Positions 46,990 to 57,581 of a stretch of 64,000 bases of DNA are shown one piece after another (within the stretch, counting starts at the first letter, position 1; the number at the start of each line of letters is the position of its first letter). Below the pieces are notes generated by a model, which saw only the letters and a program-made list of their open reading frames with translations, was not told where the DNA came from and made no database searches. Position numbers and translations under genes: made by a program. Source of the stretch: a bacterium. GTDB lineage: Bacteria; Actinomycetota; Acidimicrobiia; Spongiisociales; JAENVV01. The stretch spans positions 24,149-88,148 of the forward strand of contig JAHEDI010000006.1 of assembly GCA_024641305.1 (NCBI GenBank). Reading direction: 5' to 3'.

Positions 46990-48072
46990 CTACCCCACAA
47001 CCGTGGGTTCGGCGTAAAACCGTTTCCTCGCCCACAGCGCGACATATACGAGGCCGACCAAGACCGGTACCTCGATCAGTGGACCAACCACACCGGCCAG
47101 CGCTTCACCTGAAGTAACACCAAAAACACCGATGGCTACCGCGATCGCTAGTTCAAAGTTGTTGCTCGCCGCTGTGAAGGCAACGCTGACGTTCTTCTCG
47201 TACGACAGATGCAACCGCAGTCCGAGTGCGAACGCCACGGTCCACATCAATCCGAAATAGGCGAGAAGCGGAAGGGCGATGCGCGCCACATCGAGGGGTT
47301 GGGCGGTGATGGTCTCGCCCTGGAGAGCGAAGAGGATCACGACGGTAAAGAGGAGCCCGTAGAGCGCCCAGGGGGCGAGCTTGGGAATGAATTCTCCCTC
47401 GTACCACTCAACACCGCGACTGCGTTCCCCCCAACGGCGTGTGCAATAGCCACCCGCCAGCGGAATCCCCAGGAACACGAGGACGATCTTGGCAATTTCC
47501 CACATCGACACATTCAACGCGGCACCCTCAAGCCCCAGCCAGTTCGGTAAGAGCTCGAGGTAGAAGTAGCCCAATACCGAGTACGCCACGATTTGAAAGA
47601 CCGAGTTGAGGGCGACAAGCACCGCGGCGGCCTCCCGATCCCCGCATGCCAGATCGTTCCAAATAAGCACCATTGCTATACACCGGGCAAGCCCGATAAT
47701 GATGAGCCCCGTCCGATACTGCGGTAGATCGGGCAGCATCAGCCATGCCAGCGAAAACATCAGGGCCGGACCAACCACCCAGTTGAGTATCAACGAAGTG
47801 CCCATCAGTTTCCTGTCGGTGGCGATCTCACCGATCTGCGAGTAACGGACCTTCGCCAGCACCGGATACATCATGACGAGCAGTCCTACCGCAATCGGCA
47901 ACGAAACCGATCCGATTTTGACAGTGTCGAGCCAGTCGTTGAGATCAGGAAAGACCCTGCCCAGACCAAGTCCGAGGATCATCGCCACGATGATCCAGAC
48001 CGGTAGGAAACGATCGACGACTGACAATCGGGCGAGTGCCGGTTCGGTCACGGTCGGTTGGCTACCGGTCAC
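46990..48072 (-). CDS. ACR3-family arsenite efflux transporter
   Basis: 360 aa, 10 TM segments. ACR3 conserved regions (MYPVLAKV, GLARCIAMVLIWN). Confidence 0.8.
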   Translation of the reverse strand: MTGSQPTVTEPALARLSVVDRFLPVWIIVAMILGLGLGRVFPDLNDWLDTVKIGSVSLPIAVGLLVMMYPVLAKVRYSQIGEIATDRKLMGTSLILNWVVGPALMFSLAWLMLPDLPQYRTGLIIIGLARCIAMVLIWNDLACGDREAAAVLVALNSVFQIVAYSVLGYFYLELLPNWLGLEGAALNVSMWEIAKIVLVFLGIPLAGGYCTRRWGERSRGVEWYEGEFIPKLAPWALYGLLFTVVILFALQGETITAQPLDVARIALPLLAYFGLMWTVAFALGLRLHLSYEKNVSVAFTAASNNFELAIAVAIGVFGVTSGEALAGVVGPLIEVPVLVGLVYVALWARKRFYAEPTVVG

Positions 48073-48302
48073 GATTGGACACCGATCGGCTGGCTCCCGT
48101 TCCCATTCATGTTCGGTCAGTCATGTCACGTCCTGGCTATTGGATCTCACGTCGGTTCCGGTTGGAAACAAGCCGATCCCGATACCCGTCAATCTACGGG
48201 CCTGATACGGCACCCGTGATCGGTTCATGTGGCGAAATGCGTAAACGCCTGTCATCAGTCGTAGAGTTGACGGTACTCGCCGTCCAGTCCAAGGATCACG
48301 CA

Positions 48303-48662
48303 ATGTTCCGCACATTACAGTGGCATGCTCTCATGCTCGGCTTTGGGGCAGCCACCGTGATCGCCTCGCTCGCTGCCACGCTGACGTGGGCAGCCACAGC
48401 TGCCTTGGGCCGAGACTCCGTGACTGGCGCCGTGGTATTTGGTGTTCTGGTCGGGTTGGTCGGAGCCGGCTATGTCGGCGGAAGGCTTTCGATGCGAAAG
48501 ATATTCCACGGGACGCTGGCCGCCTTGGCCTTTGGATTTGGAGTGACGATTGCCTCTATGGCCGGAGGGAGTCCCGCCCCACCCGTCCAGCAGGCCTGGT
48601 TCCTGGTTCTCGCCGCCGGACTTGGTGCCACGGGCGCCTACCTCGCCGGCCGGTCCAAATAG
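48303..48662 (+). CDS. Small membrane protein
   Basis: Trimmed to MFRTLQWHAL. 3-4 TM segments. Confidence 0.45.
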   Translation: MFRTLQWHALMLGFGAATVIASLAATLTWAATAALGRDSVTGAVVFGVLVGLVGAGYVGGRLSMRKIFHGTLAALAFGFGVTIASMAGGSPAPPVQQAWFLVLAAGLGATGAYLAGRSK

Positions 48663-48678
48663 AGCTGCGGTTAACGGC

Positions 48679-48705
48679 GGGATCCCGCCCAACGGGCGGG
48701 ATCCC
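48679..48705. terminator. GC-rich perfect hairpin (12-bp stem GGGATCCCGCCC / GGGCGGGATCCC, AAC loop) between the convergent membrane-protein gene and rnpB
   Basis: Read from the sequence. No U-tract, which is typical of actinobacterial intrinsic-terminator-like structures. Confidence 0.45.
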
Positions 48706-48711
48706 ACAAGT

Positions 48712-49102
48712 TTGAGTTCGCCTATAAGCCGGATTCTGTGTCCTGTTTTCTTTCGAGCGAAGCTCGATCGAAACAGGCAGCGACCATCTATCTGGGATTG
48801 CCGTTACCGGTCAACCTCGTGCGGCCTACCCGAGACGTTCACCTCAAACGAGGATCGACGGGCCGTCATAGTCTCTGCATGGCCTTGCTCCGGGCGGGGT
48901 TTACCAGCCGTGCCGGTCACCCGACACGCTGGTGGTCTCTTACACCACCGTTTCACCCTTACCGTGCCTTGCGGCGTTGGCGGTTTTCTTTCTGTTGCAC
49001 TTTCCATCGGCTCGCGCCGCCTGGGGGTTGCCCAGCGCCCTTGCCCTGTGGAGTCCGGACTTTCCTCCAGGATTACTCCCGGCGGTCGCCCGGCGAACTC
49101 AC
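48712..49102 (-). ncRNA. rnpB: RNase P RNA (bacterial type A)
   Basis: The reverse complement carries GGAGGAAAGUCCGGACUCC (P4), ACAGGGCA, AGUGCAACAGAAA, GGUAAGGGUGAAA, GGUAAACCCC and ACAGAAUCCGGCUUAU. P1 forms between GAGUUCGCC (49100..49092) and GGCGAACUC (48722..48714). Confidence 0.85.
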
Positions 49103-49307
49103 GGTAAACGATACCCCGCTTTGACCACCAATGAGGTCGGTCTGACTTTGATAGGAAGACCACGAGAACCAGAACGTGTCAAGGTGAGGCACGACCGTCA
49201 GTAGGATACCCTCCAGTTCCCCCGACACGGCCGTCCGGTGATTGACCAGACCGATCCCGTTTCTTGGTCTTCAAACTGCCACATTGGCCGGAGGCATCGG
49301 CTAGACG

Positions 49308-50873
49308 CTATTCGGCGTCAAGGATTTCAATGAGCCTCATGGCTCGCTCGTCGAACAAATTTCCTCCTGCCCACAGTCCAAGTGCCAGGACTCCCCCGCC
49401 GTAGACGACTGCCACAAGTGCGGCCAACGTTACGCCTCCCGCTCCCCCGATCGCCCAGCCAACCAGTAGACCAACGGCCATCGGCAGAAGGGCCAGCCCG
49501 GACACGAAGAACCCACCCAGTCCGAAAAGCATGACGCGAAACTGCCCGGCCGTTCGAGTGGCAAACAGATTCTCTTCGGGCAATTGATACGCCGCATAAA
49601 TAGCCACCACTGCCCCCACGCCGACGAACAGTGCCGACGTGGCCATTGCCGTCAGGAACCCCGCCCCCAAATACGAGATGCTTCGGCCTGACCATGCCAG
49701 TAGCCCGGTCACGACCAGCAGAACCGGAGTGGCAGCCAACAAATAAGCGACAATCTTCCCGAACAGCACCTGTCTTCCCTTGATACCGGAGAGAACGTAC
49801 ATCCAGAAACTGCCGCCGTCGAGACCAAATGTGTTGAACATGAGCGGCGCAAGGAGAGCGAACGAGACGGCCGAAACGGTCATCGGTGCCCATGGCCCCA
49901 ACTGACCGGTAAGCGCTGAGTACGTGAGTCCGACGATAATGATGACACTGGCGAGCAATTGACCCTTTACCCGGAGATCACGACGCAGATACTTGAGCTC
50001 TTTGAAGGTGACCGCCCCGACCGGGCCGCTCATGAACCCACTCGACCCGAACCCGAGGCCGGTGGACTTGAGCCGCTGGGCCGGCGTGGTGTCACCGGTT
50101 TGGATACTCAGCCTGCCAAGCGCCCAACCAAACCCGGACACCAGACCCGCCGACAAAGCCAGGCCGAGTGCCAGGATCCCGATTGAAGAAATCCAATCAC
50201 CTTCCGTCAGGCGCGCCGCTACCCCGCCGAGCGCCCCGAACGGGTTCCACCGGACCACCCTGGACACCCACCCGAAATCAGGATTGGCGCTATCCACGAA
50301 GGTGACTGGCACGAGGCTTGGCAGAACGAGCAGCATGAGCGCCGCCAGTGATACGAGTTCTCGACCGCGCCGCCACCGCAGCATGTCGCTCACGAGCGTC
50401 GTCAGGAATCTCGCCTCAAGCAGGCACAACGCCCACACCAGGACCGCCGCCACCCACGCACCAACCGTCGGCCAGCCCCATCCAAGTGCATCGGTCTGAC
50501 CGGCTGCCACCCCTCCCACCAGGAGCAAGGTAAACGCCGACCCGGGACTGATCATGCCTGCCACTGTCAATCCGGCAGCCATCTGATGGCGGGTCAGAGG
50601 GTAATTCTCGAACGACCTGGGCTCGAGCGTCTGATCGATGGAGGCCATCACGATGGGTCCGACGATCCAGATGAGCGCCACTGCCGAATAGACGATTCCG
50701 ACAACGACGGGATCGCCCTCGACCCTCCCGATCACGAAACGAGCCAACCAGGCAGCACCGGTCCCGAACCCCCCGATCATGACGATCGAAAGCAGGGCCA
50801 GAACGGGCCACTTGCCAGATCGAGCAATGTTGAAGAGGATCCTTAGCTTGAGTCGGGCAAAGACCCCAACCAT
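49308..50873 (-). CDS. ABC transporter permease (multi-TM)
   Basis: 521 aa, highly hydrophobic. Directly downstream of an ABC ATPase. Confidence 0.7.
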   Translation of the reverse strand: MVGVFARLKLRILFNIARSGKWPVLALLSIVMIGGFGTGAAWLARFVIGRVEGDPVVVGIVYSAVALIWIVGPIVMASIDQTLEPRSFENYPLTRHQMAAGLTVAGMISPGSAFTLLLVGGVAAGQTDALGWGWPTVGAWVAAVLVWALCLLEARFLTTLVSDMLRWRRGRELVSLAALMLLVLPSLVPVTFVDSANPDFGWVSRVVRWNPFGALGGVAARLTEGDWISSIGILALGLALSAGLVSGFGWALGRLSIQTGDTTPAQRLKSTGLGFGSSGFMSGPVGAVTFKELKYLRRDLRVKGQLLASVIIIVGLTYSALTGQLGPWAPMTVSAVSFALLAPLMFNTFGLDGGSFWMYVLSGIKGRQVLFGKIVAYLLAATPVLLVVTGLLAWSGRSISYLGAGFLTAMATSALFVGVGAVVAIYAAYQLPEENLFATRTAGQFRVMLFGLGGFFVSGLALLPMAVGLLVGWAIGGAGGVTLAALVAVVYGGGVLALGLWAGGNLFDERAMRLIEILDAE

Positions 50874-51613
50874 GACAGCTCTCCATCTGCAAGCACGGCC
50901 CCGCCGACCATTTCTACGAATACGTCCTGCAGCCTCCGGCCACCCGTCACGGATTCAAGAGACCCGGCCGCCAGCACGGCACCCTGGTTGATGATGACCA
51001 AGCTGGTGCACAGCCGCTCGACGACATCCATGGCGTGATCCGAGAACACGACCGTTCCGCCCCCGGCTGCGTAGCGGCCGAGAATCGCCTCGACCACCTG
51101 ACGGGATACCGGATCGACCCCCGCGAACGGTTCGTCGAGGAAGATCACGAGCGGACGATGGAGCAAGGCAGCCGCGATGGCGAGCTTTTTGGTCATTCCG
51201 AGGCTGTAGTCGGCTACCAGAGTCGAGGCATCGTCGGCCAGGCCAAGAACGCCCAGCAGCTCAGCAGCCCTCGCCCTCACGGCCGCGACCTCCAGGCCGC
51301 GCAGCTGCCCTGAGAAATGCAGCAACTCGACACCCGTCAGCTTCTGGAAGAGGCGAGGCTGGTCAGGCACGAGCCCGATAACGGCTTTGGCCGCAACCGG
51401 ATCGCGCCACACGTCATGGCCCGCCACCGAGACAGATCCACCGTCAGGGCGGAGCAGACCGGTTGTCATGCGGAGCATGGTCGTCTTGCCTGCGCCGTTC
51501 GGTCCGGTGATGCCAAAAAATCCACCGGTCGGGATGGCGAGAGTCACCTGATCGACCGCCACTTTGTCACCAAAGTGCTTGGTAAGCCCGTTGAATGAAA
51601 CCGCCATTTCCAT
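50843..51613 (-). CDS. ABC transporter ATP-binding protein
   Basis: 256 aa. Walker A GPNGAGKTT, signature LSLGMTKKL, Walker B IFLDEP. Confidence 0.85.
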   Translation of the reverse strand: MEMAVSFNGLTKHFGDKVAVDQVTLAIPTGGFFGITGPNGAGKTTMLRMTTGLLRPDGGSVSVAGHDVWRDPVAAKAVIGLVPDQPRLFQKLTGVELLHFSGQLRGLEVAAVRARAAELLGVLGLADDASTLVADYSLGMTKKLAIAAALLHRPLVIFLDEPFAGVDPVSRQVVEAILGRYAAGGGTVVFSDHAMDVVERLCTSLVIINQGAVLAAGSLESVTGGRRLQDVFVEMVGGAVLADGELSWLGSLPDSS

Positions 51614-51739
51614 CCGAGCAACACTAGGTCACAACCACCGGGTTGTCGGCCTCGGTTTTGCAACGGACAACTTGCCAACAGTTCCGTGCCCCGCAACCCC
51701 GTCAGTCGGTAATCGCTTGCCGTGAGCTACCGTACGAGC

Positions 51740-52405
51740 ATGTGCGGACGATTCATCCAGGCGTTGGAACTCGACGACTACGCCAACTTCTTCGGGGCAA
51801 CAGTCATACGAACAGAGGCTCTCAAACCGTCGTACAACGTCGCCCCGACCGACCAGGTCTATGGCCTTGTCGAGAACGAGGGTGAGCGGATGATCGGTAC
51901 GTTCACGTGGGGACTCATCCCCCATTACTCGAAGGACCGGAAGACCATTCATATCAACGCCAGGGTCGAGACGATCGACTCGAAACCCGCCTTCCGAGAT
52001 TCGTTCGCCAGGAGACGGTGTCTCATCCCGGCGGATGGTTTCTACGAGTGGGAGCGCCGGCCAGACGACACGAAACAGCCGTACTTCATTTCGCGTGAGT
52101 CAGGGCCGATGGCATTTGCCGGCCTGTGGACTCGATGGCGCGATCCGGCCACTGACGAACGTGTGGTGACCTGCACCGTCATCACGACGAAAGCGGACCC
52201 GGCCATTGAAGCGATTCACGATCGAATGCCGGTGAGCCTCAACCAGGACCTGTGGGACGACTGGCTGGATTCCAATCAACGGGAGGCCGACGTCGCGCTC
52301 CAGATACTCGACGCCAACGATCCAGCCCGACTTCAGTTCCGACCCGTTCCGACCCTGGTCAATTCGGTCCGCAACAACGGCCCGGAACTGTTGGCCAGCT
52401 ACTGA
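51740..52405 (+). CDS. SOS-response-associated peptidase (SRAP/YedK-family abasic-site processing protein)
   Basis: Start set at MCGRF (ATG 51740), the invariant SRAP N-terminus with catalytic Cys2. Confidence 0.8.
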   Translation: MCGRFIQALELDDYANFFGATVIRTEALKPSYNVAPTDQVYGLVENEGERMIGTFTWGLIPHYSKDRKTIHINARVETIDSKPAFRDSFARRRCLIPADGFYEWERRPDDTKQPYFISRESGPMAFAGLWTRWRDPATDERVVTCTVITTKADPAIEAIHDRMPVSLNQDLWDDWLDSNQREADVALQILDANDPARLQFRPVPTLVNSVRNNGPELLASY

Positions 52406-53511
52406 CCGAAGGACACTCCGAGCGTCCTGGCGGACTTGACCCAGCGGTGGTCGGGCGGCACCACCTGGCGCTTGCCGGCCACCTCTTCCAGCGGCACGGT
52501 CACGGTGTGCCCTCCCTGGGTGGCCACCATGACCCCTCGCTCGCCGGCCGCGATGAACTCGACGGCCGCGGTGCCAAGCCGGGTGGCCAGGAGCCGATCA
52601 ACAGCGGATGGAATCCCGCCCCGCTGAACGTGTCCGAGAATGGTGACCCTTGCCTCCAATCCGGTCAGCTCCTCAAGCTGGTCTGCCAATCGGTGAGTGT
52701 TGCCTTCCAGCGAGGCATCCAGCGCCGACAGGGCAGCTTTGGCCTCTTTCCTGGTATCACCTTCTGCGGTCTCAACGATCTCGCGAAGTCCCTGCATCTG
52801 GAGGTCGGTTTCCACCGATCGAGCTCCCTCTGACACGGCGATGATGGAGAAGCTACTTCCGGCCGCCCGCCTGACGCTGATCGCGTCGGCAATGACTTGC
52901 ACGTCATAGGGTATTTCGGGAATCAGGATGACGTCGGCTCCGCCGGCCAATCCGGCGCCGAGCGCCAACCATCCAGCATTGTGTCCCATGACCTCAACGA
53001 GCATGATCCGGTGATGCGAGTGGGCGGTCGAGTGAACCCGGTCGATCGCCTCGGTAGCAATCGACAGAGCAGTGTCAAACCCGAAGGTGGCGTCGGTGCC
53101 CCACACGTCGTTGTCGATTGTTTTGGGTAGCGTGACAACCGGGAAGCCTTGTTGATGCAGGCGCAGGGCATTCTTCTGGGTTCCCCCTCCGCCAAGACAG
53201 ACCAGTACATCGAGCTGGTGTTCAAGACAGTTCTCGATCATAAGGCCGGTCATGTCCATTTCGGTACCGCCGACGTCCATCTTGTGAGGTTTATCACGAC
53301 TCGTTCCCAGGATGGTCCCTCCCACGGTCAGAATCCCCGACAGTTGAGCCGAATTGAGCCGAATCATCCGGTTTTGCATGAGGCCCCGAAATCCGTCGAG
53401 GAAACCGATAACTTGCATGTCATAGGTTCGAATAGCCGACTTCCCGATGGCCCGAATCGCCGCGTTGAGGCCCGGCGAGTCACCGCCGGCAGTGAGAATT
53501 CCAATATTCAT
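52399..53511 (-). CDS. pfkA: 6-phosphofructokinase
   Basis: 370 aa. [18 protein letters not shown]-like and MGH motifs. Confidence 0.85.
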   Translation of the reverse strand: MNIGILTAGGDSPGLNAAIRAIGKSAIRTYDMQVIGFLDGFRGLMQNRMIRLNSAQLSGILTVGGTILGTSRDKPHKMDVGGTEMDMTGLMIENCLEHQLDVLVCLGGGGTQKNALRLHQQGFPVVTLPKTIDNDVWGTDATFGFDTALSIATEAIDRVHSTAHSHHRIMLVEVMGHNAGWLALGAGLAGGADVILIPEIPYDVQVIADAISVRRAAGSSFSIIAVSEGARSVETDLQMQGLREIVETAEGDTRKEAKAALSALDASLEGNTHRLADQLEELTGLEARVTILGHVQRGGIPSAVDRLLATRLGTAAVEFIAAGERGVMVATQGGHTVTVPLEEVAGKRQVVPPDHRWVKSARTLGVSFGQ

Positions 53512-53543
53512 GCTTCCAACCTACCAGCGGTAAGATCTGCCCC

Positions 53544-54230
53544 ATGTCCCGTGTCGTCCGGGGAATAGTTGCCTCTCTTCTTCTTTTTGGTGCAGCTTGT
53601 TCCCATCCGAGTTCTTCTGCCTACCCGAACTCCAACGTCGTCCAACCGGCTGCGGTGCGAGTTCTGGCTCTCGCCTGCGGATTCGTGTCTGAAGGTGTCG
53701 GGGTATTTGTCGCGCCTGATCTCGTGGTTACGAACGCTCATGTGGTGGCGGGCGGCGAACAGATCCAGGTTCGGGCTATCCGCAACACCGTAGATGCAGT
53801 CCTGGTCGGATTTGACCCGAACCTGGATCTCGCACTCCTTCGAACCCGTGGACAACCTCCCGACATCTTTGTGCCTTTGATTGCGTTGGAGGACCCGGTT
53901 CAAGGTGACATCGGCCTGGTCGCCGTTTTCTCAGACGAAGGCAGTTTCGTCACGATTCCCTATGAGGTCACCAGGGCGATCGTTGCAAGCGGTACAGACA
54001 TCTATGGGAACGGCAAACATCTCCGTAGAGCGCTCGACCTCGATACCACTATCCGACCCGGCGACTCCGGAGCCGCCTTGTTCGACGAGACCGCCGCGGT
54101 TGTGGGAATCGCCTTTGCCTCCTCTCGTAACGGCGATGGGGTTACCTACGCCATCGCCGCCTCCGAGCTGCGGTCATTCCTCGACACGACCGACGCCGGT
54201 TCCCCCGTCGATTCGGGTGCCTGCTACTGA
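53544..54230 (+). CDS. Trypsin-like (S1) serine protease lipoprotein
   Basis: Signal and lipobox LLLFGAAC. Catalytic triad regions TNAHV, D and GDSGAAL. Confidence 0.7.
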   Translation: MSRVVRGIVASLLLFGAACSHPSSSAYPNSNVVQPAAVRVLALACGFVSEGVGVFVAPDLVVTNAHVVAGGEQIQVRAIRNTVDAVLVGFDPNLDLALLRTRGQPPDIFVPLIALEDPVQGDIGLVAVFSDEGSFVTIPYEVTRAIVASGTDIYGNGKHLRRALDLDTTIRPGDSGAALFDETAAVVGIAFASSRNGDGVTYAIAASELRSFLDTTDAGSPVDSGACY

Positions 54231-54266
54231 CGTTCACCGCATCGTCGACCCTGTAGGGTCGTTCTG

Positions 54267-55229
54267 ATGAGCAACGATCGAATCGTGGTGACCCGGCAAC
54301 CTCCCGGCAGCGCGCTGCAGCTTCTCGAGGAAGCGGCCGCCATCTGGGTGTGGCCGCACGATCGCCCGATAGATCGCTCGACCCTGCTGCGCGAGATTGA
54401 CACGGCAACCGGTCTCTACTCCATGCTCACCGACGGCATCGACCATGGGCTTCTCGATGCCGCTCCACACCTGAAAGTCATCTCGCAAATGGCTGTCGGA
54501 GTAGACAACATCGACCTGGAGGCCTGCCGACAAAGAGGCATAATCGTCGGCCACACCCCCGATGTGCTCACCGAGACGACTGCCGACCTGGCGTTTGGCT
54601 TGATGATCGCCGCAGCCAGACGATTCGGCGAAGGAATCCACGACGTTCACGCTGGCAAGTGGGGAGATTGGGATCCGAACTATCTGGTGGGGCACGACGT
54701 TCACGGTTCGACGCTCGGCATCATCGGATTCGGCAGAATCGGACAGGCGATCGCCAGACGGGCGACTGGCTTTTCCATGCAAATCTTCTACACCCAACGA
54801 CACCGGAGCAAGGAGCTCGACTCGGCGGGACCGTCGTTTGTGACCTTGGACGAACTTCTCGGCGAGAGCGACCACGTCGTCGTCGCCACGCCGCTCAGTG
54901 ACGAAACCAGGCACCTCATCGGATGGAACGAACTTCGACGTATGAAGTCGACCGCCAGCCTGATCAATATCGGTCGGGGCCCTCTCGTGGACCCCGACGC
55001 CCTTGTCCGAGCACTCAGGACCGGTGAGATTTTTGCGGCGGCACTTGACGTTACGGAACCGGAGCCCATTCCCACCACCCACCCGTTGGCGAGTTGCCCC
55101 AACTGTTTCATCACCCCGCATCTCGGCTCCGCGACAACCAGAACGAGAACTGCCATGGCAGAACTGGCCGCTCGCAACCTGGTCGCCGGGCTGCGAGGTG
55201 ACCCGATGGAAGCACCCGTAATCGCATAG
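54267..55229 (+). CDS. D-isomer-specific 2-hydroxyacid dehydrogenase (glyoxylate/hydroxypyruvate reductase-like)
   Basis: 320 aa. NAD-binding GIIGFGRIG, catalytic R/E/H regions. Confidence 0.8.
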   Translation: MSNDRIVVTRQPPGSALQLLEEAAAIWVWPHDRPIDRSTLLREIDTATGLYSMLTDGIDHGLLDAAPHLKVISQMAVGVDNIDLEACRQRGIIVGHTPDVLTETTADLAFGLMIAAARRFGEGIHDVHAGKWGDWDPNYLVGHDVHGSTLGIIGFGRIGQAIARRATGFSMQIFYTQRHRSKELDSAGPSFVTLDELLGESDHVVVATPLSDETRHLIGWNELRRMKSTASLINIGRGPLVDPDALVRALRTGEIFAAALDVTEPEPIPTTHPLASCPNCFITPHLGSATTRTRTAMAELAARNLVAGLRGDPMEAPVIA

Positions 55230-55238
55230 ACTCGGACT

Positions 55239-55775
55239 GTGCCAAAGCTCTCCCGCCGAACCTTCGTAGGAGCCCTGGGTAGCATGATGATCGTGCTGGC
55301 CTCCGCCAGCACGTCCGTTTGGGCTCCCCTGGCCTACTTCATTGGACCGGGATGCATGGCCACCGGATACTTCTATTGGTTGTTGTCGAAGGTGGTCTCC
55401 GGCACGGGACTCAGAATCCTCCGCACAGCCTGGCCCATGCTCGGTGCGCTCCTGATCGCCAATCAGTCCAGCGTGCCAGGTTTGGTAATTCCCATCGTGG
55501 TGGCGGCCGCTGCGGTGGGTACCGGGAACCTGGCGGTCGGCCTGCAACCGAGGATCTACCCGATGCCCGTCTGGGCGGGGAGCCTGATCAGCCTGATTGT
55601 CCCGTTGGTAGCTGTCACGGGGTCGTTTATCTACGTGATCGGGTCCCCGACCGTCGGAGACGTCGCCACCAGCAGCGGCCTGGGTTTCACGGTTGCCAGC
55701 ACGGCATTGTTTGCTGCCCATGGCATTGGAAGTGCGATTGCGGCATTCGGCACCGATCGGGTGATCGCTCGCTGA
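55239..55775 (+). CDS. Hypothetical integral membrane protein
   Basis: 178 aa, 5 TM segments. Confidence 0.45.
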   Translation: MPKLSRRTFVGALGSMMIVLASASTSVWAPLAYFIGPGCMATGYFYWLLSKVVSGTGLRILRTAWPMLGALLIANQSSVPGLVIPIVVAAAAVGTGNLAVGLQPRIYPMPVWAGSLISLIVPLVAVTGSFIYVIGSPTVGDVATSSGLGFTVASTALFAAHGIGSAIAAFGTDRVIAR

Positions 55776-55807
55776 CAAGTTCGCGATTCCGTCTAGCCTG
55801 CTGACCT

Positions 55808-56413
55808 ATGGCGCGACTACTTCTTATCCGGCACGCCCCGACTCCCGAAACCGGAAAAAAGCTCACGGGACGGCTGCCGGGTGTTTCCCTCGGCGAGGCG
55901 GGCGAAAAGATAGCTCAGCGGGCAGCCGACCGACTGGCCGACGTGAAGATCAAAGCGGTGTATTCCTCGCCGATAACGAGGACCGCCGAGACCGCCGCCT
56001 TCGTGGCCGCTCCCCATCACCTGGACCCCATCCTCACTGAGGGGGTTCAAGAGGTCGACTTCGGAGATTGGCAGGGCAGGAATCTGTCAGATCTCCGGAA
56101 ACTCAAACTATGGACCCAGGTCATCAACACCCCATCCCAGGCGCGATTTCCCAACGGCGAAAGCTTTCCGGAAATGCAGACGAGAGCTGTGACTGCCTGC
56201 AACGCCATCGCCGCAAACCACAAAAAGCAAACAGTGGCCATTGTTTCGCACTCCGATGTCATCAAGGCGATCCTGGCGCACTATCTCGGACAGCCACTCG
56301 ACACCTTCCAGCGGATAATCGTCTCCCCGGCCTCGGTGTCGGTGGTCCACGTCCCGCCTTTCGGCGTACCGATGGTCGAAACGATCAACTCGTACGGGAG
56401 GCTCGATGATTGA
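55808..56413 (+). CDS. Histidine-phosphatase (phosphoglycerate-mutase-like) family protein, MSMEG_4193-type
   Basis: LLIRHAPT catalytic His motif. Conserved actinobacterial neighbourhood with DUF3090 and SCO1664-family genes. Confidence 0.7.
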   Translation: MARLLLIRHAPTPETGKKLTGRLPGVSLGEAGEKIAQRAADRLADVKIKAVYSSPITRTAETAAFVAAPHHLDPILTEGVQEVDFGDWQGRNLSDLRKLKLWTQVINTPSQARFPNGESFPEMQTRAVTACNAIAANHKKQTVAIVSHSDVIKAILAHYLGQPLDTFQRIIVSPASVSVVHVPPFGVPMVETINSYGRLDD

Positions 56414-56897
56414 TCACCTTGGACCGGCCGAACGGTTCGCCGTCGGAGCCATCGGAGAGCCGGGCCAACGCACGTTCTACGTGCATGTGGTGGCTGACAC
56501 CGTCTCCTATTGGTTTGTCGCAGAGAAAGGCCAGATTGCCGCCCTGGCCGACTACGCCTTGACCGCCCTCGCCAGGGCCAACATCTTGCCTGACCCCGAC
56601 GGCATGAGCTTGATCCTCTCGAGACTCGAACTCACCGAACCTGATGACCCGCAGTTTCGAATTGGAGCAATGAGCATGGCCATCCAGCCCCAATCAGACC
56701 TCATGACGCTTGAGCTGGTCTCGATCGAGGGCGACGAAGGGGTGGACTTCGTCATCGCCCCCGAACAACTTCAGGCTGCCGCCATCAAAGGCCTGGAGGT
56801 CGTCGACCAGGGTCGGCCGATTTGTCCGAAGTGTCAACTGCCCATGGGGCCGGGCGACCATAAGTGCCCGGCGTCGAACGGCCATCACCCAGACTGA
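56406..56897 (+). CDS. DUF3090-family protein
   Basis: 163 aa with C-terminal CPKCQLP...HKCP zinc-ribbon-like Cys cluster. 8-nt overlap with the upstream gene. Confidence 0.6.
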   Translation: MIDHLGPAERFAVGAIGEPGQRTFYVHVVADTVSYWFVAEKGQIAALADYALTALARANILPDPDGMSLILSRLELTEPDDPQFRIGAMSMAIQPQSDLMTLELVSIEGDEGVDFVIAPEQLQAAAIKGLEVVDQGRPICPKCQLPMGPGDHKCPASNGHHPD

Positions 56898-57580
56898 TGC
56901 CCTCCGATCCCGTCATCGTGAATGTGGTGGGCCGCATGCCGTACGCTTCAAACGCGACGTTGCTGGTAGAACTCGATACCGGACAGCAGGCGATCTATAA
57001 GCCAGCCGATGGAGAGCGACCCCTGTGGGATTTTCCATACGGAACGTTGGCCGCCCGCGAGGTTCTCACCTCGGAGGTGGCTGCCGGACTTGGCCTCGAT
57101 ATCGTGCCGCACACGTTCCTGCTCGATGGACCGTTCGGGCTCGGTTCAGTGCAGATCTTCATCGATGAGGACTTTGATGTTGATCCTCGACCGTTGCTTG
57201 AAGGACCGTCGGAACGCCTGTGGCCGTTTGCCGTTCTGGATATCGTCGTCAACAACGCCGACCGTAAGCTCGGCCACATCCTGGTCGAACAGAGCACCAA
57301 TGCGCTCTGGGCAATCGACAACGGCCTTTCGTTCCACGCCGACGACAAGCTTCGCACCATCCTGTGGGGGTTCGCCGGTCGACCACTGCCTGACGCGCTG
57401 GTCGCCTCCCTCCATGCCCTGCAGACGGCCCTCGCCAAAGATCTGTACGACCGGGTCGTCTCCTTGCTCAGCCAGGAGGAGGCTGATGCTCTTGTGGAGC
57501 GAACCACCCGGTTGATTGCGTCCGGGATTCATCCGCCGCCACCGCTTGATCGACCCGCCGTCCCCTGGCCGATGTGGTGA
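56864..57580 (+). CDS. SCO1664-family protein
   Basis: 238 aa. Third member of the conserved actinobacterial triad. Confidence 0.55.
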   Translation: MPGVERPSPRLMPSDPVIVNVVGRMPYASNATLLVELDTGQQAIYKPADGERPLWDFPYGTLAAREVLTSEVAAGLGLDIVPHTFLLDGPFGLGSVQIFIDEDFDVDPRPLLEGPSERLWPFAVLDIVVNNADRKLGHILVEQSTNALWAIDNGLSFHADDKLRTILWGFAGRPLPDALVASLHALQTALAKDLYDRVVSLLSQEEADALVERTTRLIASGIHPPPPLDRPAVPWPMW

Positions 57581-57581
57581 G

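Noticed and set aside
48550-49204. Four overlapping ORFs (both strands) at 48550..49204
   Set aside because: The region encodes RNase P RNA on the minus strand.
54234-55778. 514-aa minus-strand ORF
   Set aside because: Antisense to the 2-hydroxyacid dehydrogenase and a membrane protein gene. Arg/Gly-rich low-complexity product.
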